From Azolla caroliniana (Eukaryota > Plantae > Polypodiophyta), in the NCBI GenBank assembly GCA_043228905.1, contig JBHGNT010000018.1:15562001-15626000 (forward strand): a DNA stretch of 64,000 nucleotides, given 5' to 3'. The notes beneath the pieces are model-generated. The model ran no database searches. It was not told the origin of the DNA and saw nothing but the letters and a program-made list of their open reading frames with translations. Made by a program: the position numbers and the translations under genes. Of this stretch, positions 61,488 to 64,000 are shown piece by piece; position 1 is the first letter of the stretch, and every line of letters starts with the position of its first letter.

Positions 61488-61927
61488 TATGTATATGTAT
61501 ATGTATATGTGTATCTGTACGTGCATGCATATGCATATGTATATGTATATGTGTATGCATATCATATATGTATATGTGCACAATGCATGTATATGTGTAT
61601 GTGTATGTGTATGTGTATGTGTGTATGTGCATGCATATCATATATGCATATGTATATGTATATGTGTATGCATATCATATATGTATATGTGCACAGTGCA
61701 TGTATATGTGTATGTGTATGCGTGTATGTGCATGCATATCATATATGCATATGTATATGTATATGTGTATGCATATCATATATGCATATGTATATGTATA
61801 TGTGTATGCATATCATATACATATGTATACGTGCAGAGTGCATGTATATGTGTATGTGTATGTGTGTATGTGCATGCATATGCATATGTATATGTATATG
61901 TGTATGTGTATGTGTATGTGTATGTAT
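61488..61927. repeat. Low-complexity (TATG/TATATG/TGCA) compound microsatellite
   Basis: Directly visible. Confidence 0.95.
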
Positions 61928-63168
61928 TTAGGATGTACATGTGTGGTGGAAGAGAAGAGTGAAGAGAAGAGAAGAGAAGAGAAGAGACTGATCGAATAAA
62001 TGAATGAATGAGGAGGCAGGGGAGGGGGGGGGGTCCCTACCAATGACTTGTGAATAATGATGATGAAGAAGAAGAAGAAGAAGAAGAAGAAGAAGAAGAC
62101 GACGACAGCTCTCTCATCTCCCCATTTCCTGGGTATTTCCCTCTCTGTATTCACTGTTCCTGAGCAAGAAGAAGGAGAAGGAGAAGGAAGAAGAAGAAGA
62201 AGAAGATCTGATCCTCATCCTGAATCAGATTTCTTACAGGTACTGCTTGTTTTCCTTTTCCTTGTGTCTCCTTCCTCTCTCAACTTTTTGCTCTGTTTCC
62301 CCTCTTCTTTTCTATTTGCATACAACTAACTGATGATATCTCTTATATCTCTCTTCTTGGGTTAACTCTTGTGTCTTGCATTTCTCATATTCTTGAGAAT
62401 TAGGGGTTTTCCCTTCTCGTGTTCATGTTTATTTTCATTTTCTTTACAAAAACATGGTGTCTTTACATCTCTGTTTTGTCTTCTTTGTATTGGAAGTGTG
62501 CCGTCAGAATGGAAAATTCATACCGTTTTCATTGTCGCTTCTGTTTTATCCTTTTTTCGACATAAACATGATCCTTTGCCCTCCTCGGGTAAGATGGTAA
62601 TAATGTATCGCGGCATATACTGTGTGCAATACCACATTGTGAAGTTAGATCCTTTTATACCCAGTCCATTATGGCACTGATAGTATGTATAGTAGACCCA
62701 ATTCAGATTTTTGAAGTAAGATTGTAGACATAATGTCTAGTTTCTGGCATCCAGGCTATGGAAATTATTACGGCTAGTTCTTTAGGCTTTTGTTTTGAAG
62801 TATATGACCATGAATCAGAGGAAACTGTATGGGTTGGGCTAGGTTATGTACAAGTTATGTCTAGTTTTTAGAGGTTTTTGGACCATGGACATGAACCAGC
62901 GGCGATTCTCTTGAGGAAAATATGTAGTTGTGAAGAAAGAAAAAACTACTTTCCTGTATCATCTGCGACTTAGGGAATGGTGACCGTAAAGGATGTATTA
63001 TTGATTTTCTGGAATCTTGCTTGGTGTTTGTGTCTTTGTATGCTGCTTGGTTCTCAAGCCACCATACACTATGGTGGTGCGATGGAACAATATGTAATTA
63101 GAACTTTTACTTTTTAAAAATTTCTGAATCACCTTGGTTTTCAATGTCTGATCAGAAAGATAGCCGAA

Positions 63169-64000
63169 ATGCCTCATAGACACACTCGTGTATCAACACA
63201 AAGCAAGCCTCCACCTTCGAGGTGGATGGTTTTGGTCGCTTCAATCTGGATCCAAGCATTCTCAGCAAATCCATACAACTTCTACTCGCCCACTTTGAAG
63301 ACAGTGTTAAGCATTAATCAGTTCAAGCTGAATTTGCTTGCATTCACGAAAGACTTTGGTGAGCATGCTGGTATTCTTGCTGGAATCTTATGCAACAAAT
63401 TGCCTCCGTGGGCATTGCTTTCCATTGGTGCATTGTGTGCATTTGTAGGGTATGGTTCGATTTGGCTTGTAGCTGGCCAACAAATCAGCTTTTTGCCTTA
63501 TCTCATGGTAAGAACAAGTTATGGGCAAAGCACCAAAACACTTTTAACTTTCAATTGTCACAAAAAAGTCCCGAATACCCCTATGTAGTAGAAAAATCTT
63601 GCATTCTCCTAACTGTTGAAAATTTAGGAGTATTCTGATAAATAACCAGTAAACTGTAGGGGTATTCCTTGTAAATTGGCTAACAATTCTTAAGTATTTT
63701 CGCATTTTTCACAATATATGTGTAATAGCCTCTGTTTCATTGTGTAATCAAGAAGCAGCTCCCATGTGTTGCTGTTTTAAATAAAAATGTGATTTGCTTT
63801 GCTTATCAGAGTACTCTGAGAGACTATCCCACTTGTTTGCTGACCTCGGCAGATGCTCATAGCGATCTGTATTGGTCCCAACAGTGCGACGTGGTTCAAT
63901 ACGGTAGCACTCGTGACATGCATGAGGAACTTTCCTCACAATAGAGGATTGATAGCTGGTTTTCTTAAAGGTTTTGTGGGTCTAAGCTCTTCCATTTACA
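63169..64000 (+). CDS. Nodulin-like / MFS protein (NFD4 family), 5' part; exons 63169-63507 and 63853->64000
   Basis: RWMVLVASIWIQAFSANPYNF..YSPTLK..KDFGEHAGILAG, then MLIAICIGPNSATWFNTVALVTCMRNFPHNRGLIAGFLKGFVGLS. GT at 63508 and AG at 63851-63852. Possible 5'-UTR intron donor at 62240. Confidence 0.93.
63522..63710. mobile_element. Possible Mutator-like MITE in the Nodulin gene intron
   Basis: Imperfect inverted motifs (gaatacccctat versus gtaggggtattc). Similar ggggtat..ggtaaat motifs occur at 1650-1835. Confidence 0.35.

Noticed and set aside
61120-62154. Long ORFs of alternating M/Y/V/C/I/H residues
   Set aside because: Translations of a stop-free microsatellite.

Overview
Land-plant nuclear DNA. 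A non-seed plant such as a fern is my inference, from Tcn1/Tf1-type chromoviruses lying beside plant genes. Bases 1-34.3 kb are a nested retrotransposon stack holding two young, apparently intact elements. One is a Ty1/copia (5947-11274, minus strand, TSD AATCG) and the other a chromodomain Ty3/gypsy (24495-30417, minus strand, TSD ACCTT). Each sits inside a decayed relative, among other copia, gypsy, solo-LTR and LINE remnants. Bases 34.3-64 kb are gene space: an intronless 3-ketoacyl-CoA synthase, a 5-exon transmembrane RING-H2 E3 ligase, a decayed L1 LINE and the 5' part of a Nodulin-like/MFS gene. Main observations: (1) four different LTR sequences in the gypsy block carry tRNA-like A-box/B-box modules, mostly antisense at the outer U3 end; (2) the young gypsy has a Tf1-type self-priming PBS, heat-shock elements and a slippery site plus pseudoknot at the gag-pol junction; (3) two fold-back copies of the RING gene's own exon 1 lie just upstream of that gene. 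All calls were made by eye and no database searches were run.
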